A stretch of DNA of 64,000 nucleotides from Bacilli bacterium (GTDB lineage: Bacteria > Bacillota_I > Bacilli_A > ML615J-28 > CAG-313): assembly GCA_045536365.1 (NCBI GenBank), contig JAZSNL010000030.1, positions 91,748-155,747 of the forward strand, in the 5' to 3' direction. Shown here piece after piece: positions 8,561 to 18,021 of the stretch. Position 1 is the first letter of the stretch, and the number at the start of each line of letters is the position of its first letter. The notes beneath the pieces were generated by a model that saw only the letters and a list, made by a program, of their open reading frames with translations, was not told the DNA's origin and made no database searches. Made by a program: the position numbers and the translations under genes.

Positions 8561-10159
8561 ATGAATAAAGATGAGTTAAAAGAAAAAGTAGTTGATTATG
8601 CCAGTAAAGTATTTTTTTATTGCGTTAAAAGATGTAATAGCAGAATAGATGCTGAAGACTTATCACAAACAATACTTCTAGAAATAATCCAAAATATCGA
8701 TAAAGGTGCACGTATTGATAATTTAGATTATTATATTTGGGGTGTATGTAAAAATCAATATAATATGTATTTAAGAAAAACTATCAAAGATAGAAATAAT
8801 CTTGAGTATAAAGAAGAAATTGATGAAAAAGATGAATCTCCCTCAGCACTTGATGAAATGTTAAAAGATGAAAAGATTAGAAGAATGAATCAAGCTATCA
8901 AACTATTGAGTAAGGATTATGCACAAATACTTTATGCTTATTATGTAGAAGATAAAACTCTAAAGTTCATTGCAGAAGAATTAAATATGCCTCTTGGAAC
9001 AGTAAAGAAAAGACTGTTTACTATTAGACAAAAGTTAAAGGAGTATTTAGCTATGGAAAAATTAAATGGAAAAAAAGCATACATACCAAAGAACTTTCAT
9101 GGAATAATGGCGAATGAAGGAGAATTGGATTTTAATCCTGATTATGAAATTGAACCATTATTGATTAAAAACTTACTATTTCACTCATATAATAATCCTT
9201 GTTCTTTAGAGGATTATTCAATAGAATTAGGTATATCTATCGTGTATATTGAAGATTATGTTAGACGACTTGTAGAAAAAGATTTCTTAATAAAACAGGA
9301 AAATGGTAAATATTTAACAAATATAGCTTTTGTAGATAAAAAAACAAAACGAAAGATTTTTGATTTAGTAAGAGAAAATATAGATATTATTCAAAAACCA
9401 ATTATTGAATTTTGTAAAGAAAATATAGAATATTATCGTTCTTTATTATTGAATGATGTTAATAATGATGAATTATTAATGTGGTCATTAATTTATATTG
9501 TTGAAGTAGCTATGAGAAAAAGTGAATCGGGTACGAGAACTAAAAAATGCAAAAATGGTTCGTGGGATTACTGTATGGCTGAATTGACAAATGATCATGA
9601 ATATGATGAATATTTTATATCACACAATACATCATCAGTTGATGAGTTTAACGCAAAACTTGTTGCGTGGCCCTCATCTGTAGATAATCCTAATTTTAAA
9701 GTTGGGTATAGAACATCTTGGCATATTGCAGCTAATGCTAGAGAAGATTATCGATTATTTTCTCTTGTTTTAGATAAAAAATTAAAATATAGTGAATTAG
9801 ATGCTGAAACAAAAATATTTGTAGATGAATATAAAAATAAAAATTATTTAAAAATTGAAAATGATATTGTTGAAATTGTCCCTCCTATTATTTCAGAAAG
9901 TAATTTTTTTAAATTATATAATTTTATTAAAAATGATATTGATCTTCAAAAGGCTTTAAATGAATATTCTACTAATGTGTATAAAGAAGTAGAAAAATTA
10001 TTTCCTGCATATTTACATAATCAAATTGAATTCATTGTTTCAGCTTTCACTAACACTGAGCGTTCAATAATAATTAATTATGCTTATAATCAAGGATTGT
10101 TATCTTTAGATGAAGAACATGAATATTTTGTTTATAATATGGTAATAGTAAAAAAATAA
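8561..10159 (+). CDS. ECF sigma factor with a long C-terminal extension
   Basis: DAEDLSQTILLEI, YIWGVCKN, region 4 TLKFIAEELNMPLGTVKKRLFTIRQKLK; about 360 extra aa. Start moved to ATG 8561 after GAGG; candidate own promoter GGAACC...GCAACTA at 8511-8538. Confidence 0.85.
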   Translation: MNKDELKEKVVDYASKVFFYCVKRCNSRIDAEDLSQTILLEIIQNIDKGARIDNLDYYIWGVCKNQYNMYLRKTIKDRNNLEYKEEIDEKDESPSALDEMLKDEKIRRMNQAIKLLSKDYAQILYAYYVEDKTLKFIAEELNMPLGTVKKRLFTIRQKLKEYLAMEKLNGKKAYIPKNFHGIMANEGELDFNPDYEIEPLLIKNLLFHSYNNPCSLEDYSIELGISIVYIEDYVRRLVEKDFLIKQENGKYLTNIAFVDKKTKRKIFDLVRENIDIIQKPIIEFCKENIEYYRSLLLNDVNNDELLMWSLIYIVEVAMRKSESGTRTKKCKNGSWDYCMAELTNDHEYDEYFISHNTSSVDEFNAKLVAWPSSVDNPNFKVGYRTSWHIAANAREDYRLFSLVLDKKLKYSELDAETKIFVDEYKNKNYLKIENDIVEIVPPIISESNFFKLYNFIKNDIDLQKALNEYSTNVYKEVEKLFPAYLHNQIEFIVSAFTNTERSIIINYAYNQGLLSLDEEHEYFVYNMVIVKK

Positions 10160-10315
10160 AAATAATAGTTTGTTAACTGACATTTTAAGAAATAGAATTA
10201 TTTTGCTTTTTGTTATAATATAATTGTAAATTTCAATTCAACCAATGAGCGAGAAAAAAAGTAAAAACTCAACTTTTAATATCTGGTTTTCAACTATAGT
10301 GGATGATATAATGTT

Positions 10316-10337
10316 AATAGAAACTTAAGTTTCTATT
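10316..10337. promoter_or_regulatory. Perfect 22-bp palindrome AATAGAAACTTAAGTTTCTATT, candidate XRE operator
   Basis: Directly downstream of the extended -10 TGATATAAT upstream of the XRE gene. Confidence 0.45.
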
Positions 10338-10384
10338 TGTAATACTTGCAAGATTACTATAATATAAATCAAGGAGAAAAGTTT

Positions 10385-11173
10385 ATGAATTTTAAATTAG
10401 CAGAAAATTTACAATTATTAAGAAAACAAAAAGGAAAAACTCAAGAAGAACTAGCTGAAATATTTGGCGTATCTAGCCAAAGTATTTCTAAATGGGAACT
10501 AGGCATTAATTGTCCTGATATTACAATGTTACCTAAACTAGCAGATTATTATAGGATATCAATTGATGAATTGTTAGGATATAAACCGATGTCATCGATT
10601 AATAGTATTTATATTGATGTGAAGTCGCTAATAGAATCATCGGATAATAAAATAGATGATGCGTACAAAATTGCCAGACTCGCTGTGGCTTCAATTCATG
10701 ATAAAGAAAGAAAACAAGCAGAAAGATTGTTAGTAGGTAAAAGGGATTATAGTTTAGCATATGGCCAAGAAAAGACAGGTCTAACAATTTGTTCAGATGA
10801 AAGTGTATTTATTTGTTCATTTGTTGATTTAAGAGATTATGATATAACAACAATTAGAAAAGTGGCTAATTATTTAAACAAAATTAGTGATTTAAATACA
10901 CTTAAAGTTATATTTGGCTTATTTAATTTACATGTAAAAAATAAAGAATCAAATTCTTTTAGTATCGATGAAATTATGGAAGAAACTAAATTAGATTATA
11001 ATTGTGTTAATAAAGTATTAAATAATATTGATGTAGTCTTTGACAGAGATGAATACAATAAAACGGGTGTTGAGAAATATACATTATCACATTTAGATCA
11101 AATACCACTACTTATAACTTTATTGGTTCCTACAATTGATAAATATAATTACAATCTTAAAGATGTAGATTAA
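10385..11173 (+). CDS. XRE-family HTH transcriptional regulator
   Basis: LRKQKGKTQEELAEIFGVSSQSISKWELG..PDITMLPKLADYYRISIDELLG; start set at ATG 10385 after GGAG. Confidence 0.9.
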   Translation: MNFKLAENLQLLRKQKGKTQEELAEIFGVSSQSISKWELGINCPDITMLPKLADYYRISIDELLGYKPMSSINSIYIDVKSLIESSDNKIDDAYKIARLAVASIHDKERKQAERLLVGKRDYSLAYGQEKTGLTICSDESVFICSFVDLRDYDITTIRKVANYLNKISDLNTLKVIFGLFNLHVKNKESNSFSIDEIMEETKLDYNCVNKVLNNIDVVFDRDEYNKTGVEKYTLSHLDQIPLLITLLVPTIDKYNYNLKDVD

Positions 11174-11291
11174 TTGTTTGAAAAATCTGTATAATTAATA
11201 TATAATATGAATATTAAAAAATTAATTAATTAAAAATTTATATATTGGGAAAATTATAGAGTCTCTAATATTTAGATTAAAGGAGAAAATA

Positions 11292-12995
11292 ATGAAAAAT
11301 AGATATTATTTATGGATAGTCATCATTATATTATTAAGTTTAACAGGATGTAAAACTCCTGAACATATTCATCATTATGTTGATGGTAAATGTGATTGTG
11401 GAGAAGTAGAACCAAAAAACACTTATACCTTAACTTTTGATACCGATGGAGGTAGTGAGATTGATACAGTTGTCTTGTTTGCGGGATCTACTATTGTTGT
11501 ACCTGCAGATCCTGTAAAAGAAGGGCATGAATTTTTAGGATGGAGTCCAAACTTACCTGAAGTTATGCCTGATGATAATGTTGAAGTTAAAGCTCTTTGG
11601 AAAGTTAAGACATATGAAATTATATTTAATACAAATGGTGGAACTTCAGTTAAAAATTGTAATGTTGCCTATGGTGAACAAATCAATATTCCTACTGATC
11701 CAAGTAAAGAAGGATATAAATTTTTAGGATGGTATTATAATGATCAACCCTGGGATTTTAAAACTAATGTTACTAGTGATTTAGAGTTATATGCTAAGTG
11801 GGAAGAATTAACAAAACATGCGGTAGTGTTTAAAGATGATAATGATATTATTTGGGAAATAGATTTTTATTGTGGAGAAAAAATTATTTTTGATTTAAAA
11901 AACGTTATTGATTTGAATTATCTTGTAATCACAGAAATTGGTGAATTTCCAAAGTATATGCCTGATAGTGAGGTAATAGTTCCTGTTAAATGTTATGATA
12001 TTAGAGATGTTTTTACTTTATCAGATGATGGACAAGGTATTAGTAGTTATTTAGGTAATAGTAAAGATGTCATTGTTCCTAGTGGTTATTATTGTGATAA
12101 TGATTTTATTGAAATTAGTCGAATTGAATCATGGTGTTTTGACGGAAATAAAGAAATTGAAAGCGTTGAGTTACCTAATACTATTAATACAATTGGTCGT
12201 GAAGCTTTCAATAATTGTTGGAATTTAAAAACTGTTAATATTCCGTTTGGAGTAGAAGTGATTAATTATAAATCATTCAGTGATACATCAATTGAAGAAA
12301 TAACTATACCCGACAGTGTGACTACAATTGTTAATTCAGCGTTTTCAGGATGTGAAGAGTTAAAATCTATTGTTATTCCTAATAGTGTAAAAGAAATTGG
12401 CGATAGTATATTTATTAACTGCACTAGTTTAGTAAGCGTTAGTATTCCTTTTACTGGTAATAGATTAGAAAATCCGACTAATACATATTTTGGATATATC
12501 TTTGGAGATTTAAAGTATAATAAAGGTTATAGTTCATCTATTCCAATGTCGTTAGATCAAATAATTTTAACTAATACAGTTGATATTGCAGATTCAGCTT
12601 TTGAAGGGGTTAAATATGTTAATGAAATTATTCTTTCCGAAGGTTTAAAAACAATAGGTGAATATGCTTTTGCGGATTGTGATAATTTAAGAAGTATTGA
12701 AATGCCTTCAACATTAGAAGAAATTAAAAAACATGCATTTAGTAGTTGTAACGAATTAAGTGAGATTATCTTAAATGAGGGATTAAAGAAAATTCAAAAT
12801 GTTATATATTCAGGTAGTAAATTAATGAGTATTGTTATTCCAGAAAGTGTCGAATATATCGGAAGTTGCGCTTTTGGAAATGAAAATATGACTATTTACT
12901 GTAAAGCAGAAGAAAAACCAAGTGAGTGGGAAAATGATTGGAATTTGATTTATGGTGCTGACTATATTGATGTAGTATGGGGTTATGAAGAATAA
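11292..12995 (+). CDS. Surface lipoprotein with InlB B-repeats and BspA-like LRR_5 repeats
   Basis: Lipobox LSLTG-C; two TF.T.GG...P.KEG..FLGW repeats; multiple IPxSV..IG..AF..C..L repeats. Confidence 0.9.
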   Translation: MKNRYYLWIVIIILLSLTGCKTPEHIHHYVDGKCDCGEVEPKNTYTLTFDTDGGSEIDTVVLFAGSTIVVPADPVKEGHEFLGWSPNLPEVMPDDNVEVKALWKVKTYEIIFNTNGGTSVKNCNVAYGEQINIPTDPSKEGYKFLGWYYNDQPWDFKTNVTSDLELYAKWEELTKHAVVFKDDNDIIWEIDFYCGEKIIFDLKNVIDLNYLVITEIGEFPKYMPDSEVIVPVKCYDIRDVFTLSDDGQGISSYLGNSKDVIVPSGYYCDNDFIEISRIESWCFDGNKEIESVELPNTINTIGREAFNNCWNLKTVNIPFGVEVINYKSFSDTSIEEITIPDSVTTIVNSAFSGCEELKSIVIPNSVKEIGDSIFINCTSLVSVSIPFTGNRLENPTNTYFGYIFGDLKYNKGYSSSIPMSLDQIILTNTVDIADSAFEGVKYVNEIILSEGLKTIGEYAFADCDNLRSIEMPSTLEEIKKHAFSSCNELSEIILNEGLKKIQNVIYSGSKLMSIVIPESVEYIGSCAFGNENMTIYCKAEEKPSEWENDWNLIYGADYIDVVWGYEE

Positions 12996-13010
12996 TTAAA
13001 TTTAAAATAA

Positions 13011-13040
13011 AAAAGAGGACTCAGTAGTCCTCTTTTATTT
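13011..13040 (+). terminator. Rho-independent terminator
   Basis: AAAAGAGGACT / AGTCCTCTTTT hairpin. Confidence 0.75.
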
Positions 13041-13182
13041 TATAAATATAAGTATATTAAAGATTTAAATTATAATAAGAACCGAATCAAAATAATTATT
13101 GCATAACTTTAATGATTATGATATAATGGATATTGAGTTTTAAAAGAAAATTATTATAATGTAAAATAAAGGAGTGAATTAT

Positions 13183-13689
13183 ATGAAAAAAATATTAGTT
13201 AGTATATTTTTATTAATACTTTGTTTATGTTCAACATCTTGTATCAAAAAAGGAATAGATTTTAAAGTTTCATATGATAAAGAAGGTGCTTTTGGTTTTA
13301 AAGAACCTAATGGCGGACTTAAGCTTTTTGGTAATGCGTATTTAACTTCTAAAGATCAATTAATTTCTTTATGTGATGAATGGGGAAACAAATCATTTGA
13401 TGAAAATGAAGAATACTATAATTCGGATTTAGCAAAACTATTAAGAACATATGATGATGAATATTTTAAGTTGAATAATTTACTGATTATAGAATTTGAG
13501 ACTGGAAGAGGTATTGATTCAAAAGTACACAAGATAAGCACTGAAGAAAGTAATTTAGTAGTAACTATTAAACAAAAAGAATTAAATGGGGTGTGGACTA
13601 CAGAGGCTTTTGGATGGTTGATGATAGTTGAAGTATCAAAAGAAGGTACTAAGGGAACTTCCGAATTAGTAGTCAACTTAAAAAAATAA
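13183..13689 (+). CDS. Lipoprotein, PrcB C-terminal-like domain
   Basis: Lipobox LCSTS-C; YDDEYFKLNNLLIIEF...TTEAFGWLMIVEVSK. Confidence 0.65.
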   Translation: MKKILVSIFLLILCLCSTSCIKKGIDFKVSYDKEGAFGFKEPNGGLKLFGNAYLTSKDQLISLCDEWGNKSFDENEEYYNSDLAKLLRTYDDEYFKLNNLLIIEFETGRGIDSKVHKISTEESNLVVTIKQKELNGVWTTEAFGWLMIVEVSKEGTKGTSELVVNLKK

Positions 13690-13864
13690 AAATATACAAA
13701 GAGAACTTGTTCAAATAATGAAAGATAATAAAATGAAGGAAAGAAGAAGATAATAGATAGTGAATGTGACAATAAAAATAGGTAGAAAAATTGATTCAGT
13801 ATCATTGATTTTATTAAAAAAAAGGTATATAATAATATTGTAAGAAATTAATAGGAGGCTTATT

Positions 13865-15013
13865 ATGGCAAATAGATTTGTATTAAATGAAACATCATAT
13901 CATGGAAAAGGTTCTATTGAAATGATCGTAAGTGAATTAAAGGCAAGAGGTTTAAAGAAACCAATGGTTTGTTCAGACCCTGATTTAGTTAAATTTAAAG
14001 TAACAGAAAAAGTAACTAAATTATTAGATGAAGCGGGAATTGAATATACTTTAAATACTGATATTAAACCAAATCCAACAATTCAAAATGTTCAAAATGG
14101 TGTTAAATTATATAAGAAAAATAATAATGATTCAATTATTGCGGTAGGCGGTGGTTCATCAATTGATACTGCAAAAGCTATTGGTATTATTATTACTAAT
14201 CCAGAATTTGCAGATGTAAGAAGCTTAGAAGGTGTTGCACCTACTAAAAATCCTTGTGCTCCAATTATAGCTGTACCTACAACAGCAGGAACTGCAGCAG
14301 AAGTTACTATTAACTATGTAATCACAGATGAAGAAAAGAACCGTAAAATGGTTTGTGTAGATGTACACGATATTCCAGTTGTTGCGGTAGTTGATCCTGA
14401 TATGATGTCAACTATGCCAAAAGGTTTAACAGCAGCAACAGGTATGGATGCTTTAACACATGCAATTGAAGGATATATTACTAAAGGTGCTTGGACATTA
14501 TCTGATATGTTCCATTTAAAAGCAATCGAAATTATTGCAGAAGCTTTACCTAAAGCAGTTAATAATGATCCTGAAGGTCGTGAAGCAATGGCGTTAGGCC
14601 AATATATAGCAGGTATGGGATTCTCTAATGTAGGACTTGGTATTGTTCATTCAATGGCTCATCCTCTTGGTGCTTTATATGATACTCCTCATGGTGTTGC
14701 AAATGCGATTATTTTACCTACAGTTATGGAATATAATGCGCCATACACAGGTGAAAAATATCGAGATATTGCTATTGCGATGAAAGTTCAAGGTGTAGAA
14801 AATATGTCCATTGAAGAAGCTAGAAAAGCAGCTTGTGATGCCGTTGCCGCATTATCAAAGGAAGTAGGTATTCCTCAAGATCTTAAAGAAATTGTTAAAG
14901 AAGAAGATTTAGATTTCTTATCTGAATCTGCATATGCAGATGCTTGCCGTCCAGGTAACCCTCGTGAAACATCAGTAGAAGAAATTAAAGAATTATATAA
15001 AAAATTATTATAA
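13865..15013 (+). CDS. fucO: Lactaldehyde reductase (Fe-containing alcohol dehydrogenase)
   Basis: MANRFVLNETSYHGKG start, GGGSSIDTAKAIG, PTTAGTAAEVT, GMDALTHAIEGY, HSMAHPLGA.YDTPHGVANA. Confidence 0.92.
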   Translation: MANRFVLNETSYHGKGSIEMIVSELKARGLKKPMVCSDPDLVKFKVTEKVTKLLDEAGIEYTLNTDIKPNPTIQNVQNGVKLYKKNNNDSIIAVGGGSSIDTAKAIGIIITNPEFADVRSLEGVAPTKNPCAPIIAVPTTAGTAAEVTINYVITDEEKNRKMVCVDVHDIPVVAVVDPDMMSTMPKGLTAATGMDALTHAIEGYITKGAWTLSDMFHLKAIEIIAEALPKAVNNDPEGREAMALGQYIAGMGFSNVGLGIVHSMAHPLGALYDTPHGVANAIILPTVMEYNAPYTGEKYRDIAIAMKVQGVENMSIEEARKAACDAVAALSKEVGIPQDLKEIVKEEDLDFLSESAYADACRPGNPRETSVEEIKELYKKLL

Positions 15014-15016
15014 TTA

Positions 15017-15052
15017 AAAACATCAAACGAAATATTCGTTTGATGTTTTTTT
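15017..15052 (+). terminator. Rho-independent terminator
   Basis: AAAACATCAAACGAA / TTCGTTTGATGTTTT hairpin followed by Ts. Confidence 0.8.
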
Positions 15053-15154
15053 GTTTTAATTTTTGTTATTTATATAAGTAACAAAAAACACATTGACTAA
15101 TTACGGAAACTATGATATCATATAGGTAATAAAACTTAAATGAAGGAGGAAATT

Positions 15155-16663
15155 ATGAAAAAACAATTAATGCTTATAGTTTTAATATTATTTTCTTGCT
15201 TTTTAACAAGCTGTGTAAAAAATCCAAAAAACAATGACATACCTATGTATTTACACGGAAGTTATCAGGGAGAATGTTTATATGAAAATCCAGCATTTTC
15301 ATCAATGATATTAGAAAAAGAATTTGTATTTGAAGAAAATAAATATAATGATGTAATTGCTGAAACAAAGACAAAAATTAATAATTTCTTTGCAAATGTT
15401 TCTTCTAATACTTTACCTCTTGATGATTTAAAAGAATGTAATCTTATTAACTTTTATGTTTTAGGAATCAAAGATGGATTAAAAAAAGGTATCTATGTAT
15501 TTAAAATAAATGGTGAATTATATTTATTTGAAGCTAATTATTTTGATAGTAAATATATTGTTCAAAGAGGATATAAATTAGAAAAAGTGGGATCTGTTAA
15601 CAAAAATACTGTTATAAATACATCTAAAAATGATACGTTTTTCCCAACTGAAAAAAACGATTTTCACAAAGAAGAATTAATTCTTTTGTTTGATAAATAT
15701 ATAAATGAACAAAAACCAAGTTTATCACAACTAGGTGAATATGAATTATCTTGTTATACAAGTGAAGAAATATATAATAAATATCAACTTGATATCTTTG
15801 AAGTAAGTTTTGGAGATAAAATATATTATTATATTAAACATCTAGATGATATATATTTAATTGTTCCTTTTGATTTAGGTGCTCCAAACTCTTGTTGTAT
15901 TACTCATTTTGCAGTAACAGATATAAATAATGATGGATGTATAGAAATTTTATCATCTGTTGTGTCCTTTGCTGATAGAGGATATTATTATTATTGTAAT
16001 TCGTTTATAACTGTTATTGATACTAAAACTAAAAAAGGAATAGATCTTTATGGTAAACATAATGGTGTTACTTATTTCAAAGAAAATGAAGATGGTGTTA
16101 TTTCTCTTTATAGCACTGGTGAAGTAAAACCAGTAGTAGAAGATTTAAATAATGGTAAATTAGATGAAAAATATTATGATTATGCAACTGAACTAGAAAG
16201 AGTTCCGGTATTAAATGTTGCTAATTATCGATTTGATTCTAAATACATAGAAGCTTCATGTGATTTATTTGATGTGGAAATGACAATTGATGATGAAAAT
16301 ATTCTATTCCCTTATATATTTGATAGTGCTTCAATATATCCTCATTTTGATATTAATGTTAAAATGAGATACCTAGGTAGTACTTTTACTTATACTTCTC
16401 CAGATGGATATTTAGATTCTGCGATAGTTAAATTTGTTAATACTGAACATCAAATCGGTTTTGAATCTTTTGGTACAATAACAGTACTAACTAAATTTAC
16501 TGTATATAATGGAATGATCATTGAACGAAATTACCGATTTAATGAAGGATTACAACGAATAAATGAGCCTGGCGTATATGATATGGTTATTGAATATGTA
16601 AATGAAGAAACAGGTATAAGTGATAAAATAGTAATTAAAGAATTTTTAAAAATAACAAGATAA
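15155..16663 (+). CDS. Lipoprotein of unknown function
   Basis: Lipobox FLTS-C; DINNDGCIEI calcium-binding-like motif; start set at ATG 15155 after GGAGG. Confidence 0.7.
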   Translation: MKKQLMLIVLILFSCFLTSCVKNPKNNDIPMYLHGSYQGECLYENPAFSSMILEKEFVFEENKYNDVIAETKTKINNFFANVSSNTLPLDDLKECNLINFYVLGIKDGLKKGIYVFKINGELYLFEANYFDSKYIVQRGYKLEKVGSVNKNTVINTSKNDTFFPTEKNDFHKEELILLFDKYINEQKPSLSQLGEYELSCYTSEEIYNKYQLDIFEVSFGDKIYYYIKHLDDIYLIVPFDLGAPNSCCITHFAVTDINNDGCIEILSSVVSFADRGYYYYCNSFITVIDTKTKKGIDLYGKHNGVTYFKENEDGVISLYSTGEVKPVVEDLNNGKLDEKYYDYATELERVPVLNVANYRFDSKYIEASCDLFDVEMTIDDENILFPYIFDSASIYPHFDINVKMRYLGSTFTYTSPDGYLDSAIVKFVNTEHQIGFESFGTITVLTKFTVYNGMIIERNYRFNEGLQRINEPGVYDMVIEYVNEETGISDKIVIKEFLKITR

Positions 16664-16772
16664 TAAAAACTAGTTGATTTTTCAACTAGTTTTTTTTATT
16701 TGATGTTATATAAAAAATATTGACAATAAACTAAGAATTAATATATACTATAACTAGTAAAGGAGATATATT

Positions 16773-17195
16773 ATGAATAAAAAAACAACATTTTTTCTTA
16801 TATTTAAAATTATTGGTTTTCTATTTATTATACTAAGCATATTTGGATTTATATTATCAGCAAAAGGATTTGGTGATTTTGAAACTAATAATTTTATGAT
16901 TGGAGCTGTTCTTGGAACTGTTGGATTATTTATTGGAATCACTTGTTTGATGATAGGATTTAGAACTGAATTGGCAAAAATAGCGATTAAATCAGCAAAA
17001 CATATTCAAGAAGAAAATAAAGAAGATTTAAAAGATATTGCGGATACATCAGCAAAGATTACTGGTGATGCGGTAAAGGTAACGACAAAAAATATTAAAG
17101 AAGGATTAAAAGAAGAAACTATTTATTGTAAACATTGTGGATTGCTAATAGATGCTGATTCTATATTTTGTAGTCAATGTGGTAAAAAACAATAA
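16773..17195 (+). CDS. Membrane protein with C-terminal zinc ribbon
   Basis: Two TM helices; YCKHCG...FCSQCGKKQ. Confidence 0.8.
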   Translation: MNKKTTFFLIFKIIGFLFIILSIFGFILSAKGFGDFETNNFMIGAVLGTVGLFIGITCLMIGFRTELAKIAIKSAKHIQEENKEDLKDIADTSAKITGDAVKVTTKNIKEGLKEETIYCKHCGLLIDADSIFCSQCGKKQ

Positions 17196-17582
17196 TAATA
17201 GACTAGTCAAGACATGTGTTGACTATGGAGTTGATGTCCTTAATTTAGATGAAAATAATATAAAAATAGGAAATTTAGTGTATAAATATAGATATTTAGC
17301 TTATGTAGTATGTCCAAAAGGATATAGATATATAGAGTGAAGGTATAGAACTAATATAGTCTTAAGTATTAACTTCTACACTACTAAAAGTTGGAATTTA
17401 TGAAAAATGAGTTTAATTTAGTAATTTATAGTTTTTTGAACATTAAAAAATGATTATATAAAAATAAGGTAAATAAAATTATTTATCAATTCGGAAATAC
17501 CAACTTTTATTGCCAACTCATATAATAATAAAGTTGGTAATAAAATATAAAATGTATGTTTAGAAAATATGTGTTTAATAAG

Positions 17583-17661
17583 GTTGGAAAAATGAAAAAA
17601 TTAAAGTTCTTTATGGTTGTAAAAATGCAATTTTTGTGGTGTAATATAGTTGGAAAAATGC
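17583..17661 (+). repeat. Three direct repeats GTTG(G/T)AAAAATG at 33-bp pitch
   Basis: Starts at 17583, 17616 and 17649. Confidence 0.75.
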
Positions 17662-17674
17662 AAGAGGTGATAAT

Positions 17675-17794
17675 GTGTTATTCAGAAAAGCATATAAAGA
17701 CATAAAAAAATGGTTTGATTCTACTAATAAAAATGCGTTATTAATTGATGGAGCAAGTCAAATTGTAAACATTGATATTAGTGCTTTAAAGTAA
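17675..17794 (+). pseudogene. N-terminal relic of an AAA_14/DUF4143-type ATPase
   Basis: RBS GAGGTGA, GTG start, LFRKAYKDIKKWFDSTNKNALLIDGASQI; degenerates within the Walker A (GARQVGKT) motif. Confidence 0.65.
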
Positions 17795-18021
17795 GAATTA
17801 AAGGTGGACTTAAATATGTATTTTAAGTCCATTTTTTACTCAAAGTAATAGTATTAAACTAGGTTAAAATGAAAATTAACAACTTATTGTCAAGTCCATA
17901 GTGTACGGGTATTATAAAACTTACAATCGCATAGTACTGACACACCTTGACAAGTCTATTTTATTAAAACATTTACTTTTTTATTAAAATATTGTATAAT
18001 ATGTATATAAGGAGATGCTTT

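Larger units (their letters stand above)
17212..17944 (+). mobile_element. 730-bp non-autonomous serine-recombinase mini-element inserted into a terminator
   Basis: ACA cores at 17212-17214 and 17942-17944. Removing the insert restores the hairpin AATAGACTAGTCAAG-ACAC-CTTGACAAGTCTATT (14/15 bp). The right end matches the att site in the recombinase gene. Confidence 0.75.

Noticed and set aside
17152-17340. 62-aa ORF as an independent gene
   Set aside because: Its start lies inside the previous gene with no RBS; only the part after the ACA core is meaningful, as the predicted recombinase tail.
17380-17670. Possible CRISPR or iteron/plasmid origin from the GTTGGAA repeats
   Set aside because: Repeats are only about 12 bp, there are no cas or rep genes, and they sit directly before an AAA ATPase start like the other two arrays.
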